This document shows positions 28,047 to 37,171 of a stretch of DNA of 64,000 nt, one piece after another. The stretch covers positions 40,520 through 104,519 of the forward strand of contig CAZPBF010000025.1 in the NCBI GenBank assembly GCA_964584855.1, in the 5' to 3' direction. A model generated the notes under the pieces. The model had not been told where the DNA came from and did not search any database. It saw only the letters and a list, made by a program, of their open reading frames with translations. Origin of the DNA: an uncultured Hyphomicrobiales bacterium. GTDB lineage: Bacteria > Pseudomonadota > Alphaproteobacteria > Rhizobiales > Xanthobacteraceae. Each line of letters opens with the position of its first letter. The first letter of the stretch is position 1. Both the position numbers and the translations under genes were made by a program.

Positions 28047-28703
28047 ATGTCCAGGGAAATCATGATACCCACAGTCGCGGCGGTTGTACTGCTCGGCGCA
28101 GTCGCTGTCGCACCGGCACAAGCTCAGCAGGCGAGCATGAGTTTCTTCGTCACCAGCACCGGGCTCGGCAAAGGCGGCGATCTCGGTGGCCTCGAAGGCG
28201 CCGACCGACATTGCCAGGGCCTCGCCCAAAGCGCGGGTGCGGGTAGCAAGACCTGGCACGCGTACCTGTCTACGCAAGGCGCGGGCGGAGTGAATGCGAA
28301 GTCTCGGATCGGGAACGGTCCCTGGGTCAACGCCAAGGGCGTGCAGATCGCGGCCAATGTCGACGACTTGCATAGTGACAAGAACAAGATCAACAAGGAA
28401 ACCGCCCTCGACGAGAAGGGCAACACGATCAAGGGGCGTGGCGACACGCCCAACCAGCACGACATGCTGACCGGCAGCCAGCAGGACGGAACCGCAATGC
28501 CGGGGTCGGATGACGCCACCTGCAGCAACTGGACCAGCAGCACGGACGGGCAGGGCGGCGCGATGGTCGGGCATACCGATCTGATCGGCAATCCGGCCGG
28601 CATCAATTTCTGGAATTATTCGCACAAGACTCCAGGCTGCGCCCCTGCCAACCTGCAGAGAGTCGGCGGTGCAGGCTTGTTTTACTGCTTCGCGACGAAC
28701 TGA
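28047..28703 (+). CDS. Secreted endostatin-like (collagen XV/XVIII NC1, C-type-lectin-fold) protein
   Basis: Signal peptide ending APAQA. GGDLGGLEGADRHCQGLAQSAGAGSKTWHAYLST parallels human endostatin [32 protein letters not shown]. Four Cys lie in the same order and context (HCQ, TCSNW, GCAP, YCFA versus QCFQ, YCETW, SCHH, LCIE). Confidence 0.7.
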   Translation: MSREIMIPTVAAVVLLGAVAVAPAQAQQASMSFFVTSTGLGKGGDLGGLEGADRHCQGLAQSAGAGSKTWHAYLSTQGAGGVNAKSRIGNGPWVNAKGVQIAANVDDLHSDKNKINKETALDEKGNTIKGRGDTPNQHDMLTGSQQDGTAMPGSDDATCSNWTSSTDGQGGAMVGHTDLIGNPAGINFWNYSHKTPGCAPANLQRVGGAGLFYCFATN

Positions 28704-28715
28704 GACCGACGCGTT

Positions 28716-28744
28716 CCGTCCCCGCCTGAATTTGGCGGGGACGG
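28716..28744. terminator. Strong hairpin between convergent genes (no U-tract)
   Basis: CCGTCCCCGCC-tgaattt-GGCGGGGACGG: an 11-bp perfect stem with a 7-nt loop. It lacks a T-run on either side, so its terminator function is uncertain. Confidence 0.45.
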
Positions 28745-28764
28745 CATTCATGCGCTGAGCGAAC

Positions 28765-29208
28765 TCAATCGCAGATCATGCGGCCATACGCGTCATAAGC
28801 GCATGACCCGACCGCGTCCGTTTCGGTCGTGATCGCATCGCCAGGCACGGCGACAAGCGCTGCCGGTTCCTCGGTCGTGACCAGGGTCGGTTCCCGATTG
28901 ATCACACGGCGTTCGGTGACGACACGCGGCTCGGTTCTGACGATGCGTCGTGCCGGTTCGGTGACCACGCGACGCTCAGTGATGACCCGCTCGGCCGGAC
29001 GGATCGCCGGGGTGACGACCTGGCGCTCATAAGTCGCGGCCGGATAGGCGGGGACGAGACGCTGTTCGATCACGTAACCGTCGATACCGCTTGGAGTGAC
29101 GTAGACCGGAGCCGGTGTGAATTGTTCGACGTAGACGGTTTGCGCGCACGCGCTCCCGACGGTTGCGACGAGCGCGGTGGCGGCGATGCCAAGCAACCTG
29201 ATGGCCAT
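28765..29208 (-). CDS. Secreted repeat protein, unknown function
   Basis: Signal peptide MAIRLLGIAATALVATVGSACA. The centre carries degenerate repeats (RVITERRVVTEP / RRIVRTEPRVVTE / RRVINREPTLVTTE). C-terminal Cys pair CAYDAYGRMIC. Confidence 0.6.
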   Translation of the reverse strand: MAIRLLGIAATALVATVGSACAQTVYVEQFTPAPVYVTPSGIDGYVIEQRLVPAYPAATYERQVVTPAIRPAERVITERRVVTEPARRIVRTEPRVVTERRVINREPTLVTTEEPAALVAVPGDAITTETDAVGSCAYDAYGRMICD

Positions 29209-29384
29209 AAGAGCCTCCTCTCACAGTGCTGGGACTGGAGAGGCAATGGAGCGGGCTCTGCGGGCGTTCCCGCCGCATTTTGGGCTTTTGCGCCACGAAA
29301 TAAGCGCATCCGTGAAGACAGTGTCACTTCATTCGTGACGATGCGAAAGTTCGCCCGGATGCCGGTTCCATGTCGCTTCGCGGT

Positions 29385-30707
<1,323 letters not shown>

Positions 30708-31017
30708 GGCGTAGTCGGACCTCGTGTGGACAGCGCCGCGTTAAGCGAGCCGCCCGGTGCCGTCAACCGGACCGACCGGTTTGGCAGGCCTATGGGACAT
30801 TGCGAATCTACCTCCGACCGTCTGCCGGAGCGGTACGGTTCTGCCGGGCAGTGGTCGGCACCGTCCATGAAATAGCCCCTATTTCAAGGCTTTGGAGGGG
30901 GGTGGATGCCGTTTCAGACAAAATTAACCACGGCGGGCTCTGCTGTCGTCCATCCGTTGTTCCGCGTTCGCAGCCGCCACTTCCCGGCGGTTCTTTGCCA
31001 CAGACATAGCCCGACGC

Positions 31018-31950
31018 GTGACCCGGAATTTCAGCCTCGCCATTGCTCTTTTCGCCGCTGCCGGATTGTCCGGCTGCGGGACCACGGCCTTTCTAGACCA
31101 GATGACCACCGGCTCGATCGGATCGGCCGCAGCGCAGTCGGAGTCGAAAGGCAACGTCTATATTTTCCGCGGGATCGGCGGGCGCTTCGCGACGCTCGAT
31201 CTCGACCGGCTTGCGGAAAAGATCAACGCGCAGGGCGTGAATGCAAAAGTCTACGACTTCATGCAGTGGCACGGGCCCGCCGAAGAGGCGATCAAACGCT
31301 ACCGCGAACAAGCCAAGCCTTCTCCGATCATCCTGCTCGGACATTCAGCCGGCGCGGATGTCGCGCTCAGCTTTGCCGAAAAGCTGAAGGAAGAACGCAT
31401 TCCGGTCAGTCTCGTCATCACACTCGATCCGACGCGGCTGCCGCACGACGTGCCCGGCAACGTCGATCGCTTTCTCAACATCTACGCTTCGATGAATTTC
31501 TTCGGCGGCGGCAATGTCAGCTCCGGAGGCGAATATCGCGGCCATTTCGCGAGCATCGACCTGAAGAATTACTGGGAGGTGCCGCATGTGCGGTTGCTGC
31601 GCATCGGCGCCCTCGACGAACGCCTCGTCGCCAAGATCGTGCGGGTCGCGAGCGCGCCGTCGAATCTCGACGGTGTGACCGTGCCGATCCGCTACGTGAT
31701 GCCGCGCGGCATGAAGGTCGAATTGTGGGATTCGGGAATTCCGGTGAAGGCGGAAGCGAACGATTCCGCGACTAAGATTGCCGCACGCTATGGCGTGCCG
31801 GCGTGGGCGGTCGCGCAGATCAACGACGTTGAGGAAACTGAACCGCTCCCCATCGGCCGTCGCATCGTGATCCCGCGAGATCTCGACGCCGCCGCGGCGC
31901 CCCCCGCGATCGGCGGCCCACTGACGAGCTACGCCGCGCCTGCGCGGTAG
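31018..31950 (+). CDS. Lipoprotein with alpha/beta-hydrolase-like GHSAG motif and C-terminal LysM domain
   Basis: GTG start. Lipobox LSGC (Cys20). LLGHSAGADVAL is a GxSxG nucleophile elbow. The C-terminal DSATKIAARYGVPAWAVAQINDVEETEPLPIGRRIVIP is LysM-like. Confidence 0.75.
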   Translation: MTRNFSLAIALFAAAGLSGCGTTAFLDQMTTGSIGSAAAQSESKGNVYIFRGIGGRFATLDLDRLAEKINAQGVNAKVYDFMQWHGPAEEAIKRYREQAKPSPIILLGHSAGADVALSFAEKLKEERIPVSLVITLDPTRLPHDVPGNVDRFLNIYASMNFFGGGNVSSGGEYRGHFASIDLKNYWEVPHVRLLRIGALDERLVAKIVRVASAPSNLDGVTVPIRYVMPRGMKVELWDSGIPVKAEANDSATKIAARYGVPAWAVAQINDVEETEPLPIGRRIVIPRDLDAAAAPPAIGGPLTSYAAPAR

Positions 31951-32053
31951 GGGCGCAGGCCCCCTTGGATTGTCGCCGGACCAAAGCGTGGTATTGATCT
32001 GGGCCGGGCGGCATCTTTGATTACGACGGGGGCCTGGAATTTCGCTTTCTGTC

Positions 32054-34156
32054 GTGAGATTAGCCCCTAGAATTGTTGCGGTCGTCCTGCTGGTCGGCGC
32101 ATTCGGCATCAATTTCCTGACGATGCTTCATGCGCACGGCTACCAGTTCACGACGGTCGATACGCTCTTTTACCTGTCGAGCTTCACAGCAGCGCGACGG
32201 TTCGGTACTTTCCTTGATCTCCAAACTTTTGCGTTCGACCAGGGATTTGGGGCTTTTCAGGTCCCAACCATCCTGCATCCGTTCTGGTGGATATTCACAA
32301 CCACGCAGTCCGTCGTCTTCAGCCATTATTGCGTCCAGCTGATTTTGTTCGCGGGCGTGTTTGTGTATGCGCGAGCACTCCGTATTGGGACACTCGCCTG
32401 TATCGTTTGTGCTGCGCTGACCGTGGCTCTCTATTTCGACGTGACAATCCGCGCAGACTATTTTGCGGGTGTCGCGCCGTGGCATGTCGCCCAGATCGGC
32501 ATCGGATATCTTGCCGTCGGACTGATCCTGCGCGGCGCTCCGCGAAACGTCGGCGCGTTGTCGGCAGGACTCATCCTCCTGCTGGCGACGGCGTTGATCG
32601 ACTGGTTCTACGCGATCTTTCTGGTTCCTTTTGTGGCCCTCACGCTCACAGGGTTCTCGGTCGTGGCCCTGCAACGGCGATGGGTTGCCTGGCTTCTGAC
32701 TGTTGCAGCCGGCGGTCTTGCAATCCTCCTCTTTCTGCAGATTACCGGCATTCTCACCGACATCGACACCTATACGCTGACATTGCAGCGCTTTTGGCGT
32801 GGTGGCGGGCTTAATCCAAATCCCGGTTCGATGATGGTGTTCGGAACCTTGCCCGGACTCCATGCTGCAAAAGTCGTCTTCTGGATCGCCGCCGCAAGCA
32901 GCCTCTATGTGATTGCTTTCAAAGTAAGGCCTTTCAATTACATTGCGGTTGGACTTGTCATATTCGACGCGGCGCTCATAGCCATCGATAGCGATGTGCG
33001 CGGCACGAACGTGCTTTGGACCCTGTCCGCGCCCGGATATTTCGAGCGGCCGCTCATTCCGGTTTACGTGATTGTCACCTACGCGGCGATCCGCCACCTG
33101 AGCGGACGAGTGCACTTCAGTTTGCAGCCGATCAATGTCGGTGTAGGTCCGAGCGAGTTCGTAATCGGCGCGGCGCTTGCGCTGGCAATCGGGCTGAAAG
33201 CAGCATCGTTGCCGCAAGGGACGATTGCCGAGGTGTGGTCGAGGCCATTGGATTTGTGGGCCGCATCGATCCGCGACCTTGAGAAATTTCCGATGGAACA
33301 ATCGCCCGCACCTCAATTCAACCCGTACTTCATCGACATTTCGCAGAAGCGGGGCTTGGTCGACTGTCCCGGAGAAACCCGCCGTAACCGATATTGCGGT
33401 TACATGTCTAACATCTATGGGTCGCCAAATGCGTTCGAATATCAAAACGCGGTCGACGTTCAGCTTGCGGGCATGAATGCATTGATCGGAAGGGTCGCAC
33501 GCAGCGTGGCCGATCAAGCCTCCCACATCGTGATCAAGTCATTCGGCATCCGCTATGTGATTTCCGGTTCCGGAAGCGACTTTCGGATGGACGACCTCGG
33601 TCCGCTCCATCCGGCGGATCTCTCGGCCCGCACGGTGTCGTTCGTGGCCGCAATCGATCGGAAAGATGACGCCGCAGCCATCTTGCGCGGGGAAACACTT
33701 GTTCATGACCGCGCGCGGATCGCTTCGCTCGGGGACCTTGTGCCGCTGTCGGATGTTCAGATGCAGGCCGAACCCGGACGATTCACTGTTCACGCGCGTT
33801 CGTCCGGCCACAGTTTGCTGTTGCTGCCGTTTCAGTTTTCGAACTGCCTCGCGGTGAGCGGGACTGCAGGCACCTCGCTCATTCGCGTCAATGGTGCCCA
33901 GGCCGCGCTCGATTTCAGGCAGGCTGCGGACATCGAGATTGTCAGCCGCTTCCGGATGTTCGGGCCGGCTGATTGCCGGTACCGCGACTTTGCTGATGTC
34001 CTCTCGCTCGGGTTCATGCCGCGGCTGACGATCGACGACATCGCGCGCGGCAAACGCGTGCCGGTCGTCATGCGATGGTTTCTGGAAGGCCAGATCCGCA
34101 AGCGTGACGCCATCATGGCGCGATGGCCGAATTTGATTGGCGCGAACACCCAATAA
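32054..34156 (+). CDS. Large multipass membrane protein (about 11-13 TM helices plus a 300-aa C-terminal soluble domain), possibly GT-C-fold glycosyltransferase-like
   Basis: 700-aa ORF with GTG start (alternative ATG at 32123) and a hydrophobic N-terminal 400 aa. Sampled lines are 52-55% G+C against about 65% in flanking core genes, and rare codons (AGA, TTA, AAT) are used. No motif firmly identifies a family. Confidence 0.7.
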   Translation: MRLAPRIVAVVLLVGAFGINFLTMLHAHGYQFTTVDTLFYLSSFTAARRFGTFLDLQTFAFDQGFGAFQVPTILHPFWWIFTTTQSVVFSHYCVQLILFAGVFVYARALRIGTLACIVCAALTVALYFDVTIRADYFAGVAPWHVAQIGIGYLAVGLILRGAPRNVGALSAGLILLLATALIDWFYAIFLVPFVALTLTGFSVVALQRRWVAWLLTVAAGGLAILLFLQITGILTDIDTYTLTLQRFWRGGGLNPNPGSMMVFGTLPGLHAAKVVFWIAAASSLYVIAFKVRPFNYIAVGLVIFDAALIAIDSDVRGTNVLWTLSAPGYFERPLIPVYVIVTYAAIRHLSGRVHFSLQPINVGVGPSEFVIGAALALAIGLKAASLPQGTIAEVWSRPLDLWAASIRDLEKFPMEQSPAPQFNPYFIDISQKRGLVDCPGETRRNRYCGYMSNIYGSPNAFEYQNAVDVQLAGMNALIGRVARSVADQASHIVIKSFGIRYVISGSGSDFRMDDLGPLHPADLSARTVSFVAAIDRKDDAAAILRGETLVHDRARIASLGDLVPLSDVQMQAEPGRFTVHARSSGHSLLLLPFQFSNCLAVSGTAGTSLIRVNGAQAALDFRQAADIEIVSRFRMFGPADCRYRDFADVLSLGFMPRLTIDDIARGKRVPVVMRWFLEGQIRKRDAIMARWPNLIGANTQ

Positions 34157-34162
34157 CTGGCG

Positions 34163-34184
34163 CCTGGTGCGGGCACCAGATTTT
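34163..34184 (+). terminator. Intrinsic terminator after the 700-aa membrane protein gene
   Basis: CTGGTGC-gg-GCACCAG followed by ATTTTGCTT. Confidence 0.55.
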
Positions 34185-34225
34185 GCTTCAATATTCGAGG
34201 GGTCGTGGTAAGTGCGGTGGCTGAC

Positions 34226-34315
34226 GGAAGGGTGGCCGAGTGGTTTAAGGCAGCGGTCTTGAAAACCGCCGTGCCCGCAAGGGTACCGTGAGTTCGAATC
34301 TCACCCCTTCCGCCA
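34226..34315 (+). tRNA. tRNA-Ser (anticodon UGA)
   Basis: GGAAGGG acceptor pairs with CCCTTCC, then discriminator G and encoded CCA. D-arm GCCGAGTGGTTTAAGGC. Anticodon loop CT-TGA-AA. Long variable arm GTGCCCGCAAGGGTAC. T-arm GAGTTCGAATCTC. 90 nt, a class II tRNA. Confidence 0.95.
34297..34314 (+). repeat. Direct repeat copy 1 (3' end of tRNA-Ser)
   Basis: AATCTCACCCCTTCCGCC, identical to 35112-35129. Confidence 0.95.
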
Positions 34316-34368
34316 TTATGCACGGTCCCAGCAAGACCCACCGACCGTCAAACCCTGGGGAATGAAAA

Positions 34369-34869
34369 TCATTTCGCGCGCTTCCATTTAACCTCGGCCG
34401 TGCCACCCGACGCTCCTGCAGCGTTTACGATTGAAAGATCGTCACCAGCCAGGGTGGCAGTCCGGCTTTGGGTGGCACCACGGAAATTGGGAAACGAGGA
34501 ATTTTCGATCTGCATCTTTAGAACTTTGGGGTCTTCAACCGAATAAGCGCCGTAGAATGAAAGTACGCCGCGGGCGACAGCCTTGTCTTCTTCTGGCGTT
34601 CCATTCAGCCGGTTGCCAGACGCGATGTTCGGAATGTCGGTCTGGATGATCTGCCACGAGAATCTCCCCGCTGCATCAAACATCAAAAGTCCTTTTGTGG
34701 CCTTGCCTCCATTGGGATCGAACTTTGTGCCATCGGGCCGGGTATTTTCCGCTGACACAAAACTCCACGTGCCGACCAACTGCTCCTTCTTCAATTGCGC
34801 GTTTGCTTCATTCAAAGATATCGGCGCGCTAATCGCTATGCATAGGATCATTGCAATCTTGCTGTTCAT
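34369..34869 (-). CDS. Secreted lipocalin-like domain protein
   Basis: Signal peptide MNSKIAMILCIAISAPISLNEANA, then QLVGTWSFVSAENTRPDGTKFDPNGGKATKGLLMFDAAGRF, the LVGTW...DG...G.L.Y start typical of the bacterial lipocalin-like domain. RBS aggggga before ATG 34869. Confidence 0.7.
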   Translation of the reverse strand: MNSKIAMILCIAISAPISLNEANAQLKKEQLVGTWSFVSAENTRPDGTKFDPNGGKATKGLLMFDAAGRFSWQIIQTDIPNIASGNRLNGTPEEDKAVARGVLSFYGAYSVEDPKVLKMQIENSSFPNFRGATQSRTATLAGDDLSIVNAAGASGGTAEVKWKRAK

Positions 34870-35111
34870 AGTGTCCCCCTGCGGCCAATGAAAACAGGCC
34901 GCATTTTCGATGTTAGATGGGAATCGGAAGTTGAGATAGTGCCTAGGTGTGTTCACGAAACGAACAACCGCGCGTGGCGCCCTTGTCTCAACGATTTGCC
35001 TGAGCGAACCCGGCGCGGGTCACAACGCTCGGCACGGTGTCTCCCCGATCAGATTTGAAGACGGTGGATATGATTTTGACGGGTTTATGGACCGGGTGCG
35101 CCGGCACCGAT

Positions 35112-35129
35112 AATCTCACCCCTTCCGCC
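35112..35129 (+). repeat. Direct repeat copy 2 (displaced tRNA-Ser 3' end, attR-like)
   Basis: AATCTCACCCCTTCCGCC. The next base is C instead of the tRNA's A. It contains the stop codon (complement of 35116-35118) of the methyltransferase-like gene. Confidence 0.95.
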
Positions 35130-35955
35130 CGGTCCTCCTCGGGCGACCGCTTTTCAGGCCTTGCCTCACACGCAAGACTGCGCGCGCGAGGAGCGACGCC
35201 TCCGGATGCCGCACCGCCCCGACCGACGTGCTCGTTTCCATCGGGACCACGAACGGCAGCGACGAGGTCTTGCGAAAGATGACGCAGGCCGAGAGATCGG
35301 CATCCGGGCTGTCTGCAACGGGCGAGGCATTTTTCAGAGCTGGAAAATACGCGGAATAATTCTCCAGCGGCCTGTAGATATCGTTGGGCAGACCCCTTCC
35401 ATATTCGAAGGCGACGACCTCGTAGCCGTTATAGCCGGCGAGATCGAAAAGAAATCGGGGTGAATATTTGAAATAGCCGTGGTCGATCCAGCCAGAGCAG
35501 GGGACTTCGTGGACCATATATCCCCCGCGCTTGCAGGCGGCATGAATGAGCGCGAACACGTTCAACTGGTTGAGCACATGTTCGGACGTGCCGAAATTCA
35601 GCACGAGGTCGAAAGAATTCCGCAGACGCCACGGCAGGTTTTGCCGATTGAGATCGAGGATCCTCGTGCGAAATCCCTTCGCGACGTCGATCGAAAGATA
35701 GTCGAGACCAAGCCGGGTGAGCAGGTCACCAACGAACATGGCATTCGTGGTGAGCTCGGGTCCGTAGCGTGATCCCTCGCAGATTGCCGCAACCGCGTTG
35801 TCGGACAAGGTCACGCCGAAGTCGGACGCGAATGCAAGCAGGCTGCCGGGATCGGCCGAGTAGAGGTTGCTCGAACCGATATCGAGCAATCTGCAGTTTC
35901 TGCCAATCAGTCCCAGCGTGTGCAGCCGGATCAGCCTGGAAAGTTCGATCCCCAT
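35116..35955 (-). CDS. Class I SAM-dependent methyltransferase-like protein
   Basis: LLDIGSS (motif I), YLSIDV (post-I acidic residue), FDLVLNFGTSEHV, and RGGYMVHEVP. Visibly lower G+C than the core (not counted). No DNA-methyltransferase DPPY/NPPY or PCQ motifs. Confidence 0.65.
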   Translation of the reverse strand: MGIELSRLIRLHTLGLIGRNCRLLDIGSSNLYSADPGSLLAFASDFGVTLSDNAVAAICEGSRYGPELTTNAMFVGDLLTRLGLDYLSIDVAKGFRTRILDLNRQNLPWRLRNSFDLVLNFGTSEHVLNQLNVFALIHAACKRGGYMVHEVPCSGWIDHGYFKYSPRFLFDLAGYNGYEVVAFEYGRGLPNDIYRPLENYSAYFPALKNASPVADSPDADLSACVIFRKTSSLPFVVPMETSTSVGAVRHPEASLLARAVLRVRQGLKSGRPRRTGRKG

Positions 35956-36180
35956 GCGGGCGTTCTGTCCGTGCAGGTTCGGCGGGCGCTGGCGCGGCTC
36001 TCAAGGGAAGCGCGGTTGGGTAGCCGGTTGCAGCATGGACCCGAGCGGCATCTTGCGTTGAAACCGCGCGTTAACCAATCCCGCGCGCGAACCATTTTCG
36101 TGGCATTCGCGCCACGGTATGATGAATTGCAGAATGTGCCGCCAAAGGGCCGGATTGTCGTCGTTTTCCCTCTTGAAGGG

Positions 36181-37104
36181 ATGAGCGCGCGGCCGTTTCT
36201 CGCGGTCGGGGGATCGATGGGACGAGGCGAGGGGAGCGATTGGTTCGGGTATGCGCGCTTTGGCGCGATCGCCGGACTCTGCCTCCTGCTGGCGAATTGT
36301 GCGTCGTCGAACAAGTTCGCCGCCAAGGTCGACCCGAAATACGGCGTCGGAACGAGCCCCCGCGTAGTGGATGGTTCGCAGCCAATCCCGAAAGGCGGCG
36401 GCACCTACCGTGTCGGAAAGCCCTACACGGTCGCAGGTCGTATGTATGTTCCGGAGGAGAATCTCGCTTACAGGGACGAGGGACTCGCTTCGTGGTACGG
36501 CGACGATTTCCACGGCCGCCTCACCGCCAACGGCGAGGTCTTCGACATGAACGGCATTTCGGCCGCGCACCCGACGCTACCGTTGCCGTCCTACGCTCGT
36601 GTGACGAACCTGGCAAACAAGCGCTCCATCATCGTGCGCGTTAACGACCGCGGACCCTATCACGGGAACCGGGTGATCGATCTTTCGCACAAAACGGCAA
36701 AGCTCCTTGGCTTTATCGACGATGGCGTTGCGCGGGTGAAGGTCGAGTATGTCGGGCGCGCGCCGCTGGAGGGCAGTGACGATCGCGTCCTGATGGCCAC
36801 GTTGCGACAAAATGCACCCGCACCGGCGCCTTCACCGATCATGCTCGCCGCCGCGAAGCCATTCCTGCCGGGCGCGCCGGCGCGAAGCCCGATCATGCGC
36901 GATACGCCGCCTTTCCCGGCGGATCGGCCCTACACGCTTGGCGACGCGCAGACGGAGCAGGAGGTTCGCGTTTCGCGGACGACATCGACCGATATGGCCG
37001 CGATGCCGCGCCTCGACCGGTCCCGGAGCGCGCCTGTTTCCGGCCCCGCGGCGTCCCGCTATGATCCGCCTGCGGCCTTTGTCAGCGGCCGCGGTCTCTA
37101 TTGA
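36181..37104 (+). CDS. rlpA: Septal ring lytic transglycosylase RlpA-family protein
   Basis: Lipobox-like LLANC, then the DPBB domain ASWYGDDFHGRLTANGEVFDMNGISAAHPTLPLPSYARVTNLANKRSIIVRVNDRGPY. The start is uncertain (ATG 36181 or 36217). Confidence 0.88.
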   Translation: MSARPFLAVGGSMGRGEGSDWFGYARFGAIAGLCLLLANCASSNKFAAKVDPKYGVGTSPRVVDGSQPIPKGGGTYRVGKPYTVAGRMYVPEENLAYRDEGLASWYGDDFHGRLTANGEVFDMNGISAAHPTLPLPSYARVTNLANKRSIIVRVNDRGPYHGNRVIDLSHKTAKLLGFIDDGVARVKVEYVGRAPLEGSDDRVLMATLRQNAPAPAPSPIMLAAAKPFLPGAPARSPIMRDTPPFPADRPYTLGDAQTEQEVRVSRTTSTDMAAMPRLDRSRSAPVSGPAASRYDPPAAFVSGRGLY

Positions 37105-37171
37105 TCGAGCCGCCGTAAAAGCGGCGTTTTGCGGCCTTCTGGTGCTGTTTCTGTCGATTAGGACAATCTCT

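Larger units (their letters stand above)
34316..35129. mobile_element. Putative decayed tRNA-Ser-associated integration scar / mini-islet (no integrase)
   Basis: Bounded by the exact 18-nt direct repeat of the tRNA 3' end. It holds one lower-G+C gene (lipocalin-like). I found no recombinase ORF or fragment. Confidence 0.4.

Noticed and set aside
32060-33526. 488-aa ORF antisense to the 700-aa membrane protein gene
   Set aside because: The plus-strand product has regular 20-residue hydrophobic helices and a plausible soluble domain. The minus-strand product is charged, Cys/His/Arg-rich and patternless.
34870-35111. Integrase or excisionase remnant inside the tRNA-Ser islet
   Set aside because: I translated both strands by eye. 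There are only short, stop-interrupted, non-protein-like frames and nothing resembling a tyrosine recombinase N- or C-terminus.
35956-36180. CtrA box or cell-cycle regulatory site upstream of rlpA
   Set aside because: Only a single TTAAC half-site (cgcgTTAACcaat) is present, without the second TTAA at N7 spacing, and there is no GANTC cluster. This is insufficient for a call.
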